Shown: positions 10,421 through 21,970, counted from the first letter of the stretch. The stretch is 64,000 nt of DNA from Gammaproteobacteria bacterium (GCA_028821125.1 JAPPHD010000071.1:3837-67836), one strand, 5' to 3'. Translations and numbers: made by a program. Notes: a model not told the origin generated them from the sequence alone.

Positions 10421-11650
10421 TCAAAAATTCTCGCTGAACCAGTTCCTGAACTTGCCGAATCTCCCGCCGCCCCGCTGCTTCCCGCCGGCGGCCAGTTCTT
10501 CCTGTTTTTCCCTGCCGTACATCAGAAGCCCCACGCCCGTCGCGTAGATGGGGTTCCTGACGATGTCCTTCAGCCCCGTAACGCTGGCGGGCGAGCCGAC
10601 GCTCACCGGCATGTGGAAGATTTCTTCGGCGAGTTCGACCACGCCTTCCATTTTCGATGCTCCCCCAGTGAGCACCACACCCGCGGCAACGAGGTCTTCG
10701 AACCCGCTGCCGCGCAGTTCCGCCTGAATCAAGGTGAACAGTTCGTCGTACCGGGCCTCGACGACCTCGGCCAGCGTCTGCCGGGAAAGTTCCCGGGCCG
10801 GCCGGTCGCCCACTCCGGGCACCTTGATCATCTCGTGCGCCTGCGCGAGTTGCGGCAGGGCGCACGCGTACTTGATCTTGATCTCCTCCGCGTTCTGCGT
10901 CGGCGTCCTGAGCGCCGCCGCGATGTCGTTGGTGACCTGGTCGCCGGCGATGGGGATCACCTTGGTGTGGCGTATGGCGCCGCCGGTGAACACCGCGATA
11001 TCCGTCGTGCCGCCGCCGATGTCGACCAGGCACACGCCGAGGTCCCGCTCGTCTTCGGTGAGCACCGAATAGCTGGACGCCCACTGTTCCAGCACCAGTT
11101 CGTTGACCTTGAGCCCGCAGTGGCCGATGCACTTCTCGATGTTCTGGGCGGCGTTGACCGAGCAGGTGACCAGGTGCACCTTGGCTTCCAGGCGCACGCC
11201 GGACATGCCCAGCGGCTCCCGCACGCCCTCCTGGTTATCGATGACGTATTCCTGGGGCAGGATGTGCAGGGTGCGCTGGTCCGCCGGGACCGGCATGGCC
11301 TGTGCCGCATCGATCACCCGTTCCACATCGTGGGGGAGCACTTCCCGGTCGCGAATGGCGACGATGCCGTGGGAGTTGAAACTGCTGATGTGGCGCCCCG
11401 CGATGCCCGCGTAGACCGCCTCGACCGGGCACCCCGCCATGAGCTCCGCTTCCTCCACGGCCCGCTGAATCGAGTGCACGGTCGAATCGATGTTGACCAC
11501 GACCCCTTTCTTCAGGCCGTGGGAGGGGTGCGAGCCGATGCCGATCACCTCGATACCGCCGTCGGCAGCCAGGTCTGCCACGATGGCGGCCACCTTGCTC
11601 GTGCCGATGTCCAGGCCGACGATGCGCGCCGAGTCGTTTTCCGATGTCAT
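10421..11650 (-). CDS. ftsA: Cell division protein FtsA
   Basis: 409 codons of ORF 10421..11932, starting at [20 protein letters not shown] (ATG 11650). Actin-like ATPase motifs DIGGGTTD. Confidence 0.93.
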   Translation of the reverse strand: MTSENDSARIVGLDIGTSKVAAIVADLAADGGIEVIGIGSHPSHGLKKGVVVNIDSTVHSIQRAVEEAELMAGCPVEAVYAGIAGRHISSFNSHGIVAIRDREVLPHDVERVIDAAQAMPVPADQRTLHILPQEYVIDNQEGVREPLGMSGVRLEAKVHLVTCSVNAAQNIEKCIGHCGLKVNELVLEQWASSYSVLTEDERDLGVCLVDIGGGTTDIAVFTGGAIRHTKVIPIAGDQVTNDIAAALRTPTQNAEEIKIKYACALPQLAQAHEMIKVPGVGDRPARELSRQTLAEVVEARYDELFTLIQAELRGSGFEDLVAAGVVLTGGASKMEGVVELAEEIFHMPVSVGSPASVTGLKDIVRNPIYATGVGLLMYGREKQEELAAGGKQRGGGRFGKFRNWFSENF

Positions 11651-12423
11651 GTCGTCTCCGTCGCTGCCGCCGTTCCCGGCGCTTCCGCGTGCTGCGCTTC
11701 CGGCTCCCGCCAGCGCACGGCAATGCCGCTGCCGTAGCGCAAGTCCACATAGTCGACCGTATCGGCGCGTTCCATCAGGAACCGGGACCACGCCGTCAGG
11801 AATCGCCGCATGCGCTCTCCGAGGCGGTCCGCGCCCAGCATGACGGTCGGGCCGGCCGCGCCGGCATCCATCCCGGTGGTCCGCGCCGTTCGTCCCGGCA
11901 GAATCGCCCGCCGCACCAGCGCCAGTTGCCACTCGCCGATACCGTTCTCCGTGACGCGCCCGATCACGAGCCCGGCATCCGCGGCCATGCCCTGCAGGTA
12001 GCGATAGACCTCCATCGCCTGTCTCGGGCTCGAAATCGCACAGTCGAACGCCGGCACGTCCACCGGGCCGTTGGGGGTGCTTACGATCTCGCCGGCGGGC
12101 GTGAGATAGCCGGCGTCGGCCCAGCGCGCCACCACGGTCCGCCGGGCGACCCGAACCACGATGGTGTCGGGCCAGACCTTTCGTACACTGACTTCACCGG
12201 GCCAGGACAGTTCCATGACCCGTTCGCGCAACCGCGCAACGTCCATGGTGAGCAGCCGGCCGTCGAGCGCCTGCCCGATGCGGCGCCGTATCTCGGCCGC
12301 CTCGGATTCGGCGAGCTGGCCCTCGACCTTCACGACCCGAACCTGGCGGTCTACCGCCAGCCATCCGCAGGCTCCGGCCGCCAGGAGCACCGCCAGGGCG
12401 ACGACCGCAGGAAAGCTACGCAT
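11647..12423 (-). CDS. ftsQ: Cell division protein FtsQ (POTRA domain)
   Basis: ORF 11647..12423. N-terminal TM segment and a POTRA-like V(K)VEG...D region. Overlaps the ftsA start and the murC stop. Confidence 0.85.
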   Translation of the reverse strand: MRSFPAVVALAVLLAAGACGWLAVDRQVRVVKVEGQLAESEAAEIRRRIGQALDGRLLTMDVARLRERVMELSWPGEVSVRKVWPDTIVVRVARRTVVARWADAGYLTPAGEIVSTPNGPVDVPAFDCAISSPRQAMEVYRYLQGMAADAGLVIGRVTENGIGEWQLALVRRAILPGRTARTTGMDAGAAGPTVMLGADRLGERMRRFLTAWSRFLMERADTVDYVDLRYGSGIAVRWREPEAQHAEAPGTAAATETT

Positions 12424-13945
12424 CGTGCACGCCCCGCAACCGGTTCGACACCTGGCTGACGTTTCCGGCGCCCTGCACCAGGAGGATGTCGCCGTCCCGC
12501 ACCACGCTGCCGAGCCGTTTCAGCGCCTCCGCCGGATCGGCGGCAAACAGGGGGACGACACCGGAACGGTTGCGGATGCCGCAGCACAGCGCCCGGCCGT
12601 CCGCTCCCGGAATCGGCGCCTCACCCGCGGAGTAAACCTCGACCAGAACCAGTTCGTCGACTTCCGAGAGGACATCCACAAACGCGTCGAAGAGGTCCCT
12701 GGTGCGGCTGTACCGGTGCGGCTGATAGGTCATGACCAGGCGACGGCCCGGCCAGACGCGCCGAACCGTTTCCAGCACGGCCCGTATCTCCGTCGGATGG
12801 TGACCGTAGTCGTCGACCAGGGTCACATCGACGCCGCCGTCGTGGGTGTCCTCGAATGCCTCGTCGTGGGTGTCCTCGAATACCTCGTGGGTGTCCTCGA
12901 ATACCTCGTCGTGGGTGTCCTCGAATACCACGTGGATGTCCTCGAATACCTGGAACCGGCGCCCGACGCCCGAGAAACCCGCGAGGCCACGCAGCACGGC
13001 GCCGTCGTCGATGCCCTCTTCGGCCGCCACGGCGAGCGCGGCCAGCGCGTTCAGCACGTTGTGCCGGCCCGGAACGGCGAGTTCGACGTCGAGGACCCCC
13101 CGGCCCGCGGGCCGGTGTGCGCGGAAGCGCCACGAGCGGCCGTCGGCTTCCACATCCGTGGCCCGGTAGTCGGCATCCCCGGCGAAGCCATAGGTGACCA
13201 TCGGCCTCGACAACCCGGGGAGCAGGCTGCTCACGACCGGGTCGTCTGCGCACAGTATCGCCGTGCCGTAGAACGGCAGCCGGTGCACGAACTCGACGAA
13301 CGTCGACTTCAGCCGCTCGAAGTCGTGACCGTAGGTCGCCATGTGGTCCCGGTCGATGTTGGTCACCACCGCCACCATGGGCTGCAGGTAGAGAAACGAG
13401 GCATCGGACTCATCGGCTTCCACGATGATGGTGCGGCTGCCGCCGAGCCGGGCGTGGGTGCCGGCGCTCTCGAGCAGCCCGCCCACCACGAAGGTCGGAT
13501 CCCGGCCCGCCGCCTGGTAGATGGCCACCAGCAGGCTGGTGGTGGTGGTCTTGCCATGGGTTCCGGCAATGGCGATGCCGTGCCGGTAGCGCAGCAGTTC
13601 ACCCAGCATTTCGGCGCGCGCCACCACCGGCACCCGTTCCTGGTGGGCTGCCGCGAGTTCCGGGTTGTCCTCGCCCACGGCGCTCGACACCACCACCACG
13701 TCGGCACCGTCGATCTGCTCCCGGGCATGGCCCTCGAACACCGTGGCGCCCAGCGACTCGAGCCTGGCCGTGGCGGCCGAGCGCACCAGGTCGGAACCGG
13801 ATATCTCGTAGCCCTGGTTGACGAGCACCTCCGCGATGCCCGACATTCCGGCGCCCCCGATCCCCAGGAAATGGATGCGCTGCACCCGGCCCATTTCGGG
13901 AACACGGTACGCATCGAGCCTGCCGCCGCCGTTCGCCCCGGTCAC
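12416..13945 (-). CDS. murC: UDP-N-acetylmuramate--L-alanine ligase MurC, carrying an internal tandem-repeat insertion
   Basis: ORF 12416..14125. GTG at 13945 overlaps the ftsW stop (GTGA) and gives [22 protein letters not shown], aligning with E. coli [23 protein letters not shown]. Also [10 protein letters not shown] and [13 protein letters not shown] 13894 is the alternative start. Confidence 0.92.
   Translation of the reverse strand: MTGANGGGRLDAYRVPEMGRVQRIHFLGIGGAGMSGIAEVLVNQGYEISGSDLVRSAATARLESLGATVFEGHAREQIDGADVVVVSSAVGEDNPELAAAHQERVPVVARAEMLGELLRYRHGIAIAGTHGKTTTTSLLVAIYQAAGRDPTFVVGGLLESAGTHARLGGSRTIIVEADESDASFLYLQPMVAVVTNIDRDHMATYGHDFERLKSTFVEFVHRLPFYGTAILCADDPVVSSLLPGLSRPMVTYGFAGDADYRATDVEADGRSWRFRAHRPAGRGVLDVELAVPGRHNVLNALAALAVAAEEGIDDGAVLRGLAGFSGVGRRFQVFEDIHVVFEDTHDEVFEDTHEVFEDTHDEAFEDTHDGGVDVTLVDDYGHHPTEIRAVLETVRRVWPGRRLVMTYQPHRYSRTRDLFDAFVDVLSEVDELVLVEVYSAGEAPIPGADGRALCCGIRNRSGVVPLFAADPAEALKRLGSVVRDGDILLVQGAGNVSQVSNRLRGVHDA
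12839..12952 (-). repeat. In-frame 24/21-bp tandem repeat (5 units) inside murC
   Basis: Units at 12839-62, 12863-86, 12887-907, 12908-31 and 12932-52 (GTCGTGGGTGTCCTCGAATACCTC-like). Encodes [38 protein letters not shown] between the GRRF and DDYGHHP motifs. Confidence 0.95.
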
Positions 13946-15024
13946 GCCTTCCCCTCCTCGAGTTGGGCCCGGCAGACGAGCCCGATGAGGGTGCAGCACA
14001 CGATCAGGCTGTTGCCGCCGTAGCTTACGAAGGGCAGCGTCAGGCCCTTGGTGGGCAGGATGCCGCTGGAGACGCCCAGGTTGATCAGCGCCTGCACCCC
14101 CAGCATGATGCCGACGCCGTAGCACAGGTAACCGCCGAACTTCCCGCCGCGTTCCAGAAGGCCCTTGCCCGCCGCCAGTATCCGGTACACCAGGAACGAG
14201 AACAGCCCCAGGAGGGCGAGCGCGCCCGCAAGGCCCAGCTCCTCGGCGATCACCGCGAAAATGAAATCGTTGTGCGCCTCGGGCAGGTAGTAGAGCTTCT
14301 GGATCCCCGCCCCCAGCCCCAGGCCGAACAGTTCGCCGCGCCCGAAGGCGATGAGCGCCTGCACGAGTTGATAACCGCTCCCGTAGGCCGTTGCCCAGGG
14401 GTCGGTGAACGTGATCAGCCGTTCCAGCCGGTAGGGCTGCGCGATGGCAAGAAAGCTGAACAGGGCGGCTCCCACCAGCACCAGCGGAATGAAATAGCGC
14501 AGGCGCATGCCGGCCAGGAACAGGAGCGCTCCGGCGGTGCAGCCGAGCACCACCACGGAACCGATGTCCGGTTCGGCGACCAGGAGCGCCAGGATCACCC
14601 CCAGCACCACAAGCGGACCCACCATGAGCCTGGAGTCGTCCTTGAGCGCGTCGTCGTATCGCGCCAGGAATCCGGCCAGATACACCAGGAGGAAGAGGCG
14701 CGCGGCCTCCGACGGCTGCAAGGTCACGATGCCGAGGTCAATCCAGCGCGTCGCGCCGTTGACGGTCTGTCCCACCCCGGGGACGAGCACCGCCGCGCAG
14801 AGCACCAGGGCCGCAATCCACGCCAGGTGCCGGCAGCGGCGCCAGACCGCAAGCGGGATCGCCAGCATGGCCAGGAACGCCGCGAGCGCCACCCCCAGGT
14901 AGGCGCCGTGCCTCGGGAGAAAGTCGCGGTCCATGGCCACGGACGCGGACGCGACCATCACCAGGCCGAACGCCAGCGTGAACAGCCAGGCGAACAGGAG
15001 CGGCCGGTCCACCGCGGCACTCAC
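13942..15024 (-). CDS. ftsW: Peptidoglycan glycosyltransferase / lipid II flippase family protein FtsW (SEDS)
   Basis: ORF 13942..15024. Polytopic SEDS protein with ..[18 protein letters not shown].. and ..[17 protein letters not shown].. motifs. Position between murD and murC. Confidence 0.9.
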   Translation of the reverse strand: MSAAVDRPLLFAWLFTLAFGLVMVASASVAMDRDFLPRHGAYLGVALAAFLAMLAIPLAVWRRCRHLAWIAALVLCAAVLVPGVGQTVNGATRWIDLGIVTLQPSEAARLFLLVYLAGFLARYDDALKDDSRLMVGPLVVLGVILALLVAEPDIGSVVVLGCTAGALLFLAGMRLRYFIPLVLVGAALFSFLAIAQPYRLERLITFTDPWATAYGSGYQLVQALIAFGRGELFGLGLGAGIQKLYYLPEAHNDFIFAVIAEELGLAGALALLGLFSFLVYRILAAGKGLLERGGKFGGYLCYGVGIMLGVQALINLGVSSGILPTKGLTLPFVSYGGNSLIVCCTLIGLVCRAQLEEGKA

Positions 15025-15097
15025 GGTTCAAGCCTCCACGCCGGCCGGGAGCCAGGCGCACCCTGGCGCCGTGGGGTTCGCGAACATGAGGTGCCGC

Positions 15098-16423
15098 TCA
15101 TGCGCCCAACTCCGCTACCGCATCCCGAAACGCCGCGCCCCGCGCCTCGAAGCTCTCGAACATGTCGAAACTGGCGCAGGCCGGCGAGAGCAGTACCGTA
15201 TCGCCCGGCCGCGCGGCGGCAGCGGCCTGCCGCACCGCCTCGCCCATGTCCCGGGCCCCGGATACCGGAACCCGTTCCCCGACCGCCCGCTCGATGGCCG
15301 GACCGTCGGCGCCCAGCACGACAAGGTGCCGGGCGGATTTCGCAATGGCGTCGCCCAGTTCCGTGAAGTCGGCGCCCTTGCCGTCACCGCCGGCAATCAG
15401 CACCACCGAGCCCGGCGCGCCGCCAAAACCCGAAAGTGCCGCCAGGGCCGCGCCCGGGTTGGTCGCCTTGGAATCGTTGACATAGGTCACCGCATCCACC
15501 GACGCCACGGTTTCTGAGCGGTGAGCCAGCCCGGAGAAGCCGGCGACCGCCCCTTCCAGGTCAGCCACGTCGCCGTGGAACTCCCCGCCGTGCACCATCG
15601 CCAGTGCCGCCAGCACATTCAGCTCGTTGTGGCCCCCGGCCAGCGGCAATCGAGAGGTTTCAAGCAGCGTCCGGCCTCCGCAGGCGAGCGACCGGTTTGC
15701 ACGCCGCGCCCGGATACCCCAGTGACCCGGCTCCGGCTCATCGCCGCCGAACGTGATCAGCTCGGCGGGGCTCCCGGCGCGCGGATACGTCACGGCATCG
15801 CTCCGGTTCGCCACGGCCCGCTCCGCACCCTCGTAGATGCGCTGCTTGGCGGCCGCATAGCAGTCCATGCTGCCGTGCCAGTCCAGGTGATCGCCGCTGA
15901 CGTTCAGGATCGTCGCCGTCCTGAGCGGGGCGGTGCGCATGCGCGCGAGCTGGAAACTGGACAGCTCCAGAACGTAACAGTCCCGGTCGGGGCCGATCGC
16001 ATCCAGCGCCGCGAGGCCCAGGTTGCCCCCGAGCCCGGGGCGGGCGCCCCCGGCGGCGAGCAGGTGTCCCACCAGCGATGTCACCGTGCTCTTGCCGTTG
16101 GTGCCCGTCACCGCATGAACCGGCTCGCGCACCGCGGCAAAGAACAGGTCGATGTCGCTCAGCACCGGCAGCCCGCAACCGAGCACCTGCCGGCCCATGG
16201 CGCTCCGCGTGGGGATTCCGGGGCTCAGGATCGCGCGGTCGAGCCCGCCCGGTTCGAATGCGCCGGCGCCCAGCCGGTATTCCACTTCGGGCCAGGCCGC
16301 CATGGCCTCGGCGAGCCCGGGAGGCTGCTCACGGGTATCGACCACGACCAGTTCGTCGCGGCCGGCGAGATGCCGCAGGCACGACATCCCCGTGACTCCC
16401 AGCCCCACAACCGCCGTTCGCAC
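15098..16423 (-). CDS. murD: UDP-N-acetylmuramoylalanine--D-glutamate ligase MurD
   Basis: ORF 15098..16423. VVGLGVTG N-terminus, VTGTNGKSTV P-loop, Mur ligase central and C-terminal domains. Confidence 0.92.
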   Translation of the reverse strand: MRTAVVGLGVTGMSCLRHLAGRDELVVVDTREQPPGLAEAMAAWPEVEYRLGAGAFEPGGLDRAILSPGIPTRSAMGRQVLGCGLPVLSDIDLFFAAVREPVHAVTGTNGKSTVTSLVGHLLAAGGARPGLGGNLGLAALDAIGPDRDCYVLELSSFQLARMRTAPLRTATILNVSGDHLDWHGSMDCYAAAKQRIYEGAERAVANRSDAVTYPRAGSPAELITFGGDEPEPGHWGIRARRANRSLACGGRTLLETSRLPLAGGHNELNVLAALAMVHGGEFHGDVADLEGAVAGFSGLAHRSETVASVDAVTYVNDSKATNPGAALAALSGFGGAPGSVVLIAGGDGKGADFTELGDAIAKSARHLVVLGADGPAIERAVGERVPVSGARDMGEAVRQAAAAARPGDTVLLSPACASFDMFESFEARGAAFRDAVAELGA

Positions 16424-16437
16424 CGCCCGCCCCTCCG

Positions 16438-17520
16438 TTACCGCAGCTTGAGGGTGGACAGGCCCACCAGCACCAGCACCAGCGTCAGGATCCAGAAGCG
16501 CACGATCACGCGCGGTTCCGGCCAGCCCTTGAGCTCGAAGTGGTGGTGCACGGGCGCCATGCGGAAGATGCGCCGCCCGGTCAGCCGATAGGACGCCACC
16601 TGCAGGATGACCGACACCGTTTCCAGCACGAACAGCCCGCCCATGATGAAAAGCACGATCTCGTGGCGCACGACGATGGCGACCACCGCCAGCGCCGCGC
16701 CGAGCGCCAGGGCGCCCACGTCACCCATGAAGACCTGGGCCGGATAGGTGTTGAACCACAGGAACCCGAGCCCCGCGCCAATGATGGCCCCGCAGAACAC
16801 GGCCATCTCGCCGGCCATCGGGATGTATGGGATCTGCAGGTAACGGGCGAACTCGATGTGGCCCGCCAGGTAGGCGATCAGCGCCAGGGCGGCGCTGACC
16901 ATGACGGTGGGAAGGATGGCCAGCCCGTCCAGCCCGTCGGTCAGGTTGACGGCGTTGCTCATGCCCACGATGACGAAATAGGCGACGACCACGTAGCCCA
17001 GGCCCAGCGGCACGGCGACCGTCTTGAAGAAGGGGACGATGAGCTCGGTCTCCGCGGGGAGGTCCGCGCTCCAGTAGAGGAATATCGCGGCCGCGGCCCC
17101 GAATACCGATTGCCAGGTGTACTTCCAGCCGGCGGTGAGGCCCCGGGCGTTCCTGCGGGTCAGCTTGAGATAGTCGTCCACCCAGCCGACGCCGCCGAAC
17201 GCCATTGTCACCAGCAGGGCCGTCCAGACGTAGCGGTTGTTCAACTCCCCCCACAAGAGGGTGGTGACGAAGATGACGATGATGATCAGGGCGCCGCCCA
17301 TGGTGGGTGTCCCCGCCTTGGCCAGGTGCGTTTCCGGGCCGTCCTCGCGAACGGTCTGGCCGATCTGGTAGTCGCCCAGGCGCCGGATGACGAACGGACC
17401 GATCAGGAGCGACATGGCCAGCGCCGTCATGACGCTCAGCATGGTGCGGAACGTCAGGTACTGGAAAACGGAAAAACCGCTGACGAACTGGGCGAGGTAA
17501 TCGGTGAGCCAGAGCAGCAT
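16438..17520 (-). CDS. mraY: Phospho-N-acetylmuramoyl-pentapeptide transferase MraY
   Basis: C-terminal 360 codons of ORF 16438..18183, starting at [11 protein letters not shown] (ATG 17520, ATGA overlap with the murE stop). [26 protein letters not shown] motifs. Confidence 0.95.
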   Translation of the reverse strand: MLLWLTDYLAQFVSGFSVFQYLTFRTMLSVMTALAMSLLIGPFVIRRLGDYQIGQTVREDGPETHLAKAGTPTMGGALIIIVIFVTTLLWGELNNRYVWTALLVTMAFGGVGWVDDYLKLTRRNARGLTAGWKYTWQSVFGAAAAIFLYWSADLPAETELIVPFFKTVAVPLGLGYVVVAYFVIVGMSNAVNLTDGLDGLAILPTVMVSAALALIAYLAGHIEFARYLQIPYIPMAGEMAVFCGAIIGAGLGFLWFNTYPAQVFMGDVGALALGAALAVVAIVVRHEIVLFIMGGLFVLETVSVILQVASYRLTGRRIFRMAPVHHHFELKGWPEPRVIVRFWILTLVLVLVGLSTLKLR

Positions 17521-18965
17521 CAGCCTATTGCTCCCAGGGCATGGCGCACTGTTTCGCGGTCGCTGAAGGGCCGCCGGCAGCCGCCCGCCTCCTGCCAGGT
17601 CTCGTGCCCCTTGCCGGCGACGACCACAAGGTCTTCGGGTCGCGCAGCCGCGATTGCACCGGCGATGGCGGCTGCGCGGTCCACCTCTTCCCGAACGTCC
17701 GCGTCGCCGCCGAGCCCGCCGCGCATCTCCGCGATGATGGCGGCCGGCTCTTCCCAACGGGGGTTGTCGCTGGTGAGCCACACCGCATCCGCCGCCGCGG
17801 CCGCCGCCTGGGCCATCAGCGGCCGTTTGCCCCGGTCCCGGTTGCCGCCGCAGCCGATGACGCAGATCACCCGCCCGCGACAGTGGGCGGCAAGAGCGGA
17901 GAGGGCATTCGTCAGGGCATCGGGCGTGTGTGCGTAGTCGACCACCACGGTAGGCAGGCCCGGCTTGCGGAAGAACTCCATGCGGCCGGGGACGCCCGTG
18001 AGGCGGGCCGCTTGCCGGACAAGGTCCGCGAAGGCAAGCCCGCCCGCCGCCAGAACGCCGATCGCGGCGGCGGCATTGGCCAGGGAAAACTCGCCGAACA
18101 GCGGCAGCTCGATCTCTTCGGTGCCCCAGGGGCTGAACAGGCGCGCGCTCACGCCGGCGTCGTGACAGCGCATCCGCTCCCACGTCACGTCCCCGCCACC
18201 GCGGCCCACCGTGATCACCTCCGGCCCCGCAAGGCCCGCCGCCAGTTCCCGGCCGAACGCATCGTCGACATTGATCACCGCCGCGCGAACCGTGGGGAAC
18301 TCGAAGAGCCGCCGTTTCGCCGCTGCGTATGCGGCGAAATCGCCGTGGTAATCCAGATGGTCACGGGTGAGGTTGGAGAAGACCGCGCTCTCGAAACGGA
18401 CATCGTCCACCCGGCCCTGGGCCAGCGCATGGGAACTCGCCTCCAGGCAGGCCCAGGCACAGCCGCGCCCGCGCAGGCACGCGAGCCGCTTCTGGGTGGC
18501 GATGGCGTCCGCGGTGGTGAGTGCGGCGGGCATCAGGCGGCCGGTTTCGCCCCAGCCGATCGTGCCGAGATAACCGGCCCGCTGCCCGAGCCCGCCGGCC
18601 AGTTCCGCAATGTGGTGGGCAATGGAGGTCTTGCCGTTGGTTCCGGTGACACCCACGCAGCGGATGTCCCGGCTCGGGTCACCGTAAAACCGCGCCGCCA
18701 GCGCGCCACGCCGCTCGCGCAAGCCGCTCACCGCAACGACCGGGACACCCAGGCCCGGCAGCTCCCGTTCCGCCAGAACGCAGGCCGCGCCGCGCCCGGC
18801 CGCCTGCACCGCGTAGTCGTGGCCGTCCGCCGCCTCGCCCCTGACGGCGACGAAGGCATCGCCCGGTTCCACGGTACGCGAGTCCTCCGACAATCCCGCG
18901 AGCTCCACAGCCGGTACGCCGGAGTCGTCGAGCAAATCGCGCAGGGTCATCGGGCCGGGCTTCAC
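17520..18965 (-). CDS. murE: UDP-N-acetylmuramoyl-tripeptide synthetase MurE (meso-DAP-adding type)
   Basis: ORF 17520..18965. [10 protein letters not shown]-loop and the DNPR motif (TSDNPR) characteristic of DAP-adding MurE. A MurF-type ligase would lack DNPR. Confidence 0.9.
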   Translation of the reverse strand: MKPGPMTLRDLLDDSGVPAVELAGLSEDSRTVEPGDAFVAVRGEAADGHDYAVQAAGRGAACVLAERELPGLGVPVVAVSGLRERRGALAARFYGDPSRDIRCVGVTGTNGKTSIAHHIAELAGGLGQRAGYLGTIGWGETGRLMPAALTTADAIATQKRLACLRGRGCAWACLEASSHALAQGRVDDVRFESAVFSNLTRDHLDYHGDFAAYAAAKRRLFEFPTVRAAVINVDDAFGRELAAGLAGPEVITVGRGGGDVTWERMRCHDAGVSARLFSPWGTEEIELPLFGEFSLANAAAAIGVLAAGGLAFADLVRQAARLTGVPGRMEFFRKPGLPTVVVDYAHTPDALTNALSALAAHCRGRVICVIGCGGNRDRGKRPLMAQAAAAAADAVWLTSDNPRWEEPAAIIAEMRGGLGGDADVREEVDRAAAIAGAIAAARPEDLVVVAGKGHETWQEAGGCRRPFSDRETVRHALGAIG

Positions 18966-20644
18966 GAGCGTCCCTCGGGCACATGTGCCACGGCAACCTG
19001 TTCGCCATCCGGAGGAACGCCCATCAGCCGCAGCGCCCGCTCGGCCACACGGGCGAACACCGGCGCGGCCACCGCCCCGCCGCCGATGCGCGGCCCGCTC
19101 GCGTCGTTGATCACCACCACCATCAGGAAGCGGGGATCGGTCAGCGGCGCCACACCGACAAAGAGCGCCACGTGCCGCTTGTCGGTGTACCCGGCGGCGT
19201 CGACGATACGCGTGGTTCCTGTCTTGCCGGCGACCCGGTAGCCGGGGACCCGGGCGCCCGGCGCGGTGCCCTCCCTCGACGTGACCCCTTCCAGCAGGTT
19301 CAAGACCGTCGCGGCCGTTGCTGCCGCGAACACCCGCTCGCCCTCCGGCGGACTGTCGAGCTTCAGCGCCGAGATCGGCATCCGCACACCGCCGCTGGCC
19401 AGCGTCAGGTAGGCCTGGGCCAGTTGCAGCGGCGAGAGCGTCAGGCCGTAGCCGAATGCCATCGTCGCCCGCACCAGCGGATGCTCGAGCCCCGCGTCAT
19501 CGAGGTGACCCATGGTCTCTCCGGGCAGGCCGCTGCTGACGAAATCACCGGCGCCGGCGCGGCGCAGCACGTCGTGAACCGCCCGCGGCGGCAGCTCGAG
19601 CGCCACCTTGGCGATACCCACCTGGCTCGACTTGTGCAACGCCCGGGTAAGCGTGATGCGGCCGCGGTCGAGGGGGTCTTCAATGAGCTTTCCCCTGATG
19701 CGGACATAGCCCGGCGAGGTGTCGATGACGGTATCCGGCCGGTACCGGCCCGACTCCAGCGCCGCAATCACCGTGAACGGTTTCACCGTCGAGCCCGGCT
19801 CGTAGACATCGGTCACCGCCCGGTTGCGCATGCCCGCAAGGCCGGCCCGGAGCGGTTCGTTGGGGTTGTATGACGGCTGGTTCGCCAGCGCCAGGATTTC
19901 CCCGGTTCCCACATCAAGGATCACCACGGAACCTGACCTGGCGCCGTGCCCGGCCACCGCGTTCTTCAGCTCCCGGTAGGCGGCATACTGCAGCCGCAGG
20001 TCGATGCTGAGCGCGAGGTCCCGCCCCATGCGGGGAGCCGATTTGAACTCCAGGTCGCGGATGATGGTGCCGAGCCTGTCCTTCAATACCAGCTTGCTGC
20101 CGTGCCGGCCGCGCAGCACCGGGTCGAACGACAGTTCGACGCCTTCGAGGCCGACGTCGTCGATGTTGGTCATGCCGACGATGTGTGCCGCGGTTTCACC
20201 GGCCGGGTAATAGCGCTGGTACTCGCGCTGGAACTCCAGGCCCTCGATGCGAAGCTTCCGTATCCGTTGCGCGGTGCTCCAGGGCACCCGGCGTTTCAGG
20301 TAGACGAACGACTTGTCGAGGTTCTTCCCGACCAGGGCATCGAGCCGCTCCGCGTCCGTTTCCAGGTGCGGCGCCAGGCGCTGAAGGTCGGCCTTCGCCA
20401 CCCGGTGCCTGGACGGGTCGGTCCAGACGGCGACGACGGGCGTGCTGACCGCCAGCGGCTCGCCGTACCGGTCGTAGATGACGCCGCGATAGGATGGAAT
20501 GGTCTCGGTGCGCAACGAGCGCGCGTCGCCTTCGTCCTGCAGGAAATCCTTCTCCAGGAAGGCCAGCCAGGCGACCCTGGAGGCGACGGCCGCCGAACCG
20601 ACGAACAGGAGGGACAGGAGGAAGTAGTGCCGCCAGGCTTTCAA
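18962..20644 (-). CDS. ftsI: Peptidoglycan D,D-transpeptidase FtsI (PBP3)
   Basis: ORF 18962..20644. N-terminal TM segment, STVKP active-site SxxK, AGKTGT KTG motif. Confidence 0.92.
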   Translation of the reverse strand: MKAWRHYFLLSLLFVGSAAVASRVAWLAFLEKDFLQDEGDARSLRTETIPSYRGVIYDRYGEPLAVSTPVVAVWTDPSRHRVAKADLQRLAPHLETDAERLDALVGKNLDKSFVYLKRRVPWSTAQRIRKLRIEGLEFQREYQRYYPAGETAAHIVGMTNIDDVGLEGVELSFDPVLRGRHGSKLVLKDRLGTIIRDLEFKSAPRMGRDLALSIDLRLQYAAYRELKNAVAGHGARSGSVVILDVGTGEILALANQPSYNPNEPLRAGLAGMRNRAVTDVYEPGSTVKPFTVIAALESGRYRPDTVIDTSPGYVRIRGKLIEDPLDRGRITLTRALHKSSQVGIAKVALELPPRAVHDVLRRAGAGDFVSSGLPGETMGHLDDAGLEHPLVRATMAFGYGLTLSPLQLAQAYLTLASGGVRMPISALKLDSPPEGERVFAAATAATVLNLLEGVTSREGTAPGARVPGYRVAGKTGTTRIVDAAGYTDKRHVALFVGVAPLTDPRFLMVVVINDASGPRIGGGAVAAPVFARVAERALRLMGVPPDGEQVAVAHVPEGRS

Positions 20645-20994
20645 GGCAATATGCGCTCCACGTCATCGGGGAACCGCATGTTCAGTTCCGCCGCCGCCAC
20701 GCGCTCGACATGGTGATAGGCCGCCAGCGCGCCCCGTTCGAGCAGCAGGCGGCTGTGTTCGGCAAGGAGGAGATCCTGGTGGTTGCGGGTTTCCTCCAGC
20801 CGGCCGTGGCTCTCCCTGACCTGGTGCGTGGCCATCACCGCCTGAAGGGCCGAAACCACCGCGGCGAGAAAGAGAACCACCGTCAGCCCCAGCCGCCTAC
20901 CCGTGCCGCGCCGGGCTTTGGCGGAGCCGCGCCCGGGATGCGCCGGTCTGCGCCGCCGGGGCTTGCGCGCACGCCTCATCTCCCGATCCTCCAT
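20641..20994 (-). CDS. ftsL: Cell division protein FtsL
   Basis: ORF 20641..20994. Small bitopic protein with a basic N-terminus, one TM segment and a leucine-rich coiled coil. Sits between rsmH and ftsI. The start is uncertain. Confidence 0.75.
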   Translation of the reverse strand: MEDREMRRARKPRRRRPAHPGRGSAKARRGTGRRLGLTVVLFLAAVVSALQAVMATHQVRESHGRLEETRNHQDLLLAEHSRLLLERGALAAYHHVERVAAAELNMRFPDDVERILP

Positions 20995-21055
20995 CTCCTG
21001 GGCCAGGCTCGCACCGGGGTACCCGAAGACCCTCGTCCACCGCGTTCAACGCCGG

Positions 21056-21970
21056 TCACGCCGCTCGCTCCAGCACCCGCAACACCGCGCTGCGCGCCCG
21101 CGGATTGCGTGCGATCTCAATGCGCCCCGCCCGTACCGGGCCCGCGACGACCCGTGCGTCGATGCGCTGGTCGCGCCCGCGCACCGGAATTTCACGCGGC
21201 AGGCGCGGGGGCGAACTCCGCGCCCGGAAATAGCGCTTGACGATCCGGTCTTCCAGGGAGTGAAAGCTGATCACCGCCAGGCGCCCGCCCACGGCGAGGC
21301 GGGCGAATACGCCCTCCAGGCCCCGCTTCAGTTCATCGAGTTCCTGGTTGACGAAGATGCGGACCGCCTGAAAGACCCGGGTGGCTTCGTGGGTCCGCCG
21401 GCGTGGCTCCGGCCGCGCCGCCGCCACCGCCCGCGCCAGTTCCCGGGTGGTCGACAGCGGGCGCGCGGCCAGGATGGCGCGGCTGATGCGCCGGGCGTGG
21501 CGCTCTTCCCCGTACTCCCTCAGCACCCGGGTCAGCTCGTCCACGCCGGCCCGGTTCAGCCAATCCGCCGCGGTGAGCCGCTGCCGGCGGTCCATGCGCA
21601 TGTCGAGCGGCCCATCGGCCTGGAAGCTGAAGCCCCGTTCCGGCCGATCGAGTTGGGCCGACGAGATGCCGAGATCCATGATCGCGCCGTGCAGACTGTC
21701 GAACCCGGCAGCGGCGAGCAGGCTCTCGATATCGCCGAAGCTGCCCCGCAACACCGTGACACGGTTGTCTTCCGCGGCCAGCGACCCGGCGCAGGCAACG
21801 GCGTCCTCGTCCCTGTCCACCGCCAGCAGCCGGCTCGACGCATCCAGCCGGGCAAGCAGCCGGCGGCTGTGGCCGCCCTGGCCGAAGGTGGCGTCGAGGT
21901 AGTTTCCGCGGCGCCGCTGCTGCGTGACGAAGTCCACGGTTTCACGACACAGCACCGGTTCGTGCTTCAT
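21056..21970 (-). CDS. rsmH: 16S rRNA (cytosine1402-N4)-methyltransferase RsmH (MraW)
   Basis: ORF 21056..21970. YLDATFGQGGHSR SAM-binding motif and ISFHSLEDRIVK. Confidence 0.93.
   Translation of the reverse strand: MKHEPVLCRETVDFVTQQRRRGNYLDATFGQGGHSRRLLARLDASSRLLAVDRDEDAVACAGSLAAEDNRVTVLRGSFGDIESLLAAAGFDSLHGAIMDLGISSAQLDRPERGFSFQADGPLDMRMDRRQRLTAADWLNRAGVDELTRVLREYGEERHARRISRAILAARPLSTTRELARAVAAARPEPRRRTHEATRVFQAVRIFVNQELDELKRGLEGVFARLAVGGRLAVISFHSLEDRIVKRYFRARSSPPRLPREIPVRGRDQRIDARVVAGPVRAGRIEIARNPRARSAVLRVLERAA

Noticed and set aside
12839-12952. Possible CRISPR array, because of the regular direct repeats here and at 58102-58190
   Set aside because: The repeats are contiguous 21/24-bp units without spacers. 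They lie in frame inside conserved genes (murC, yhdP), and no cas genes are present in the window.
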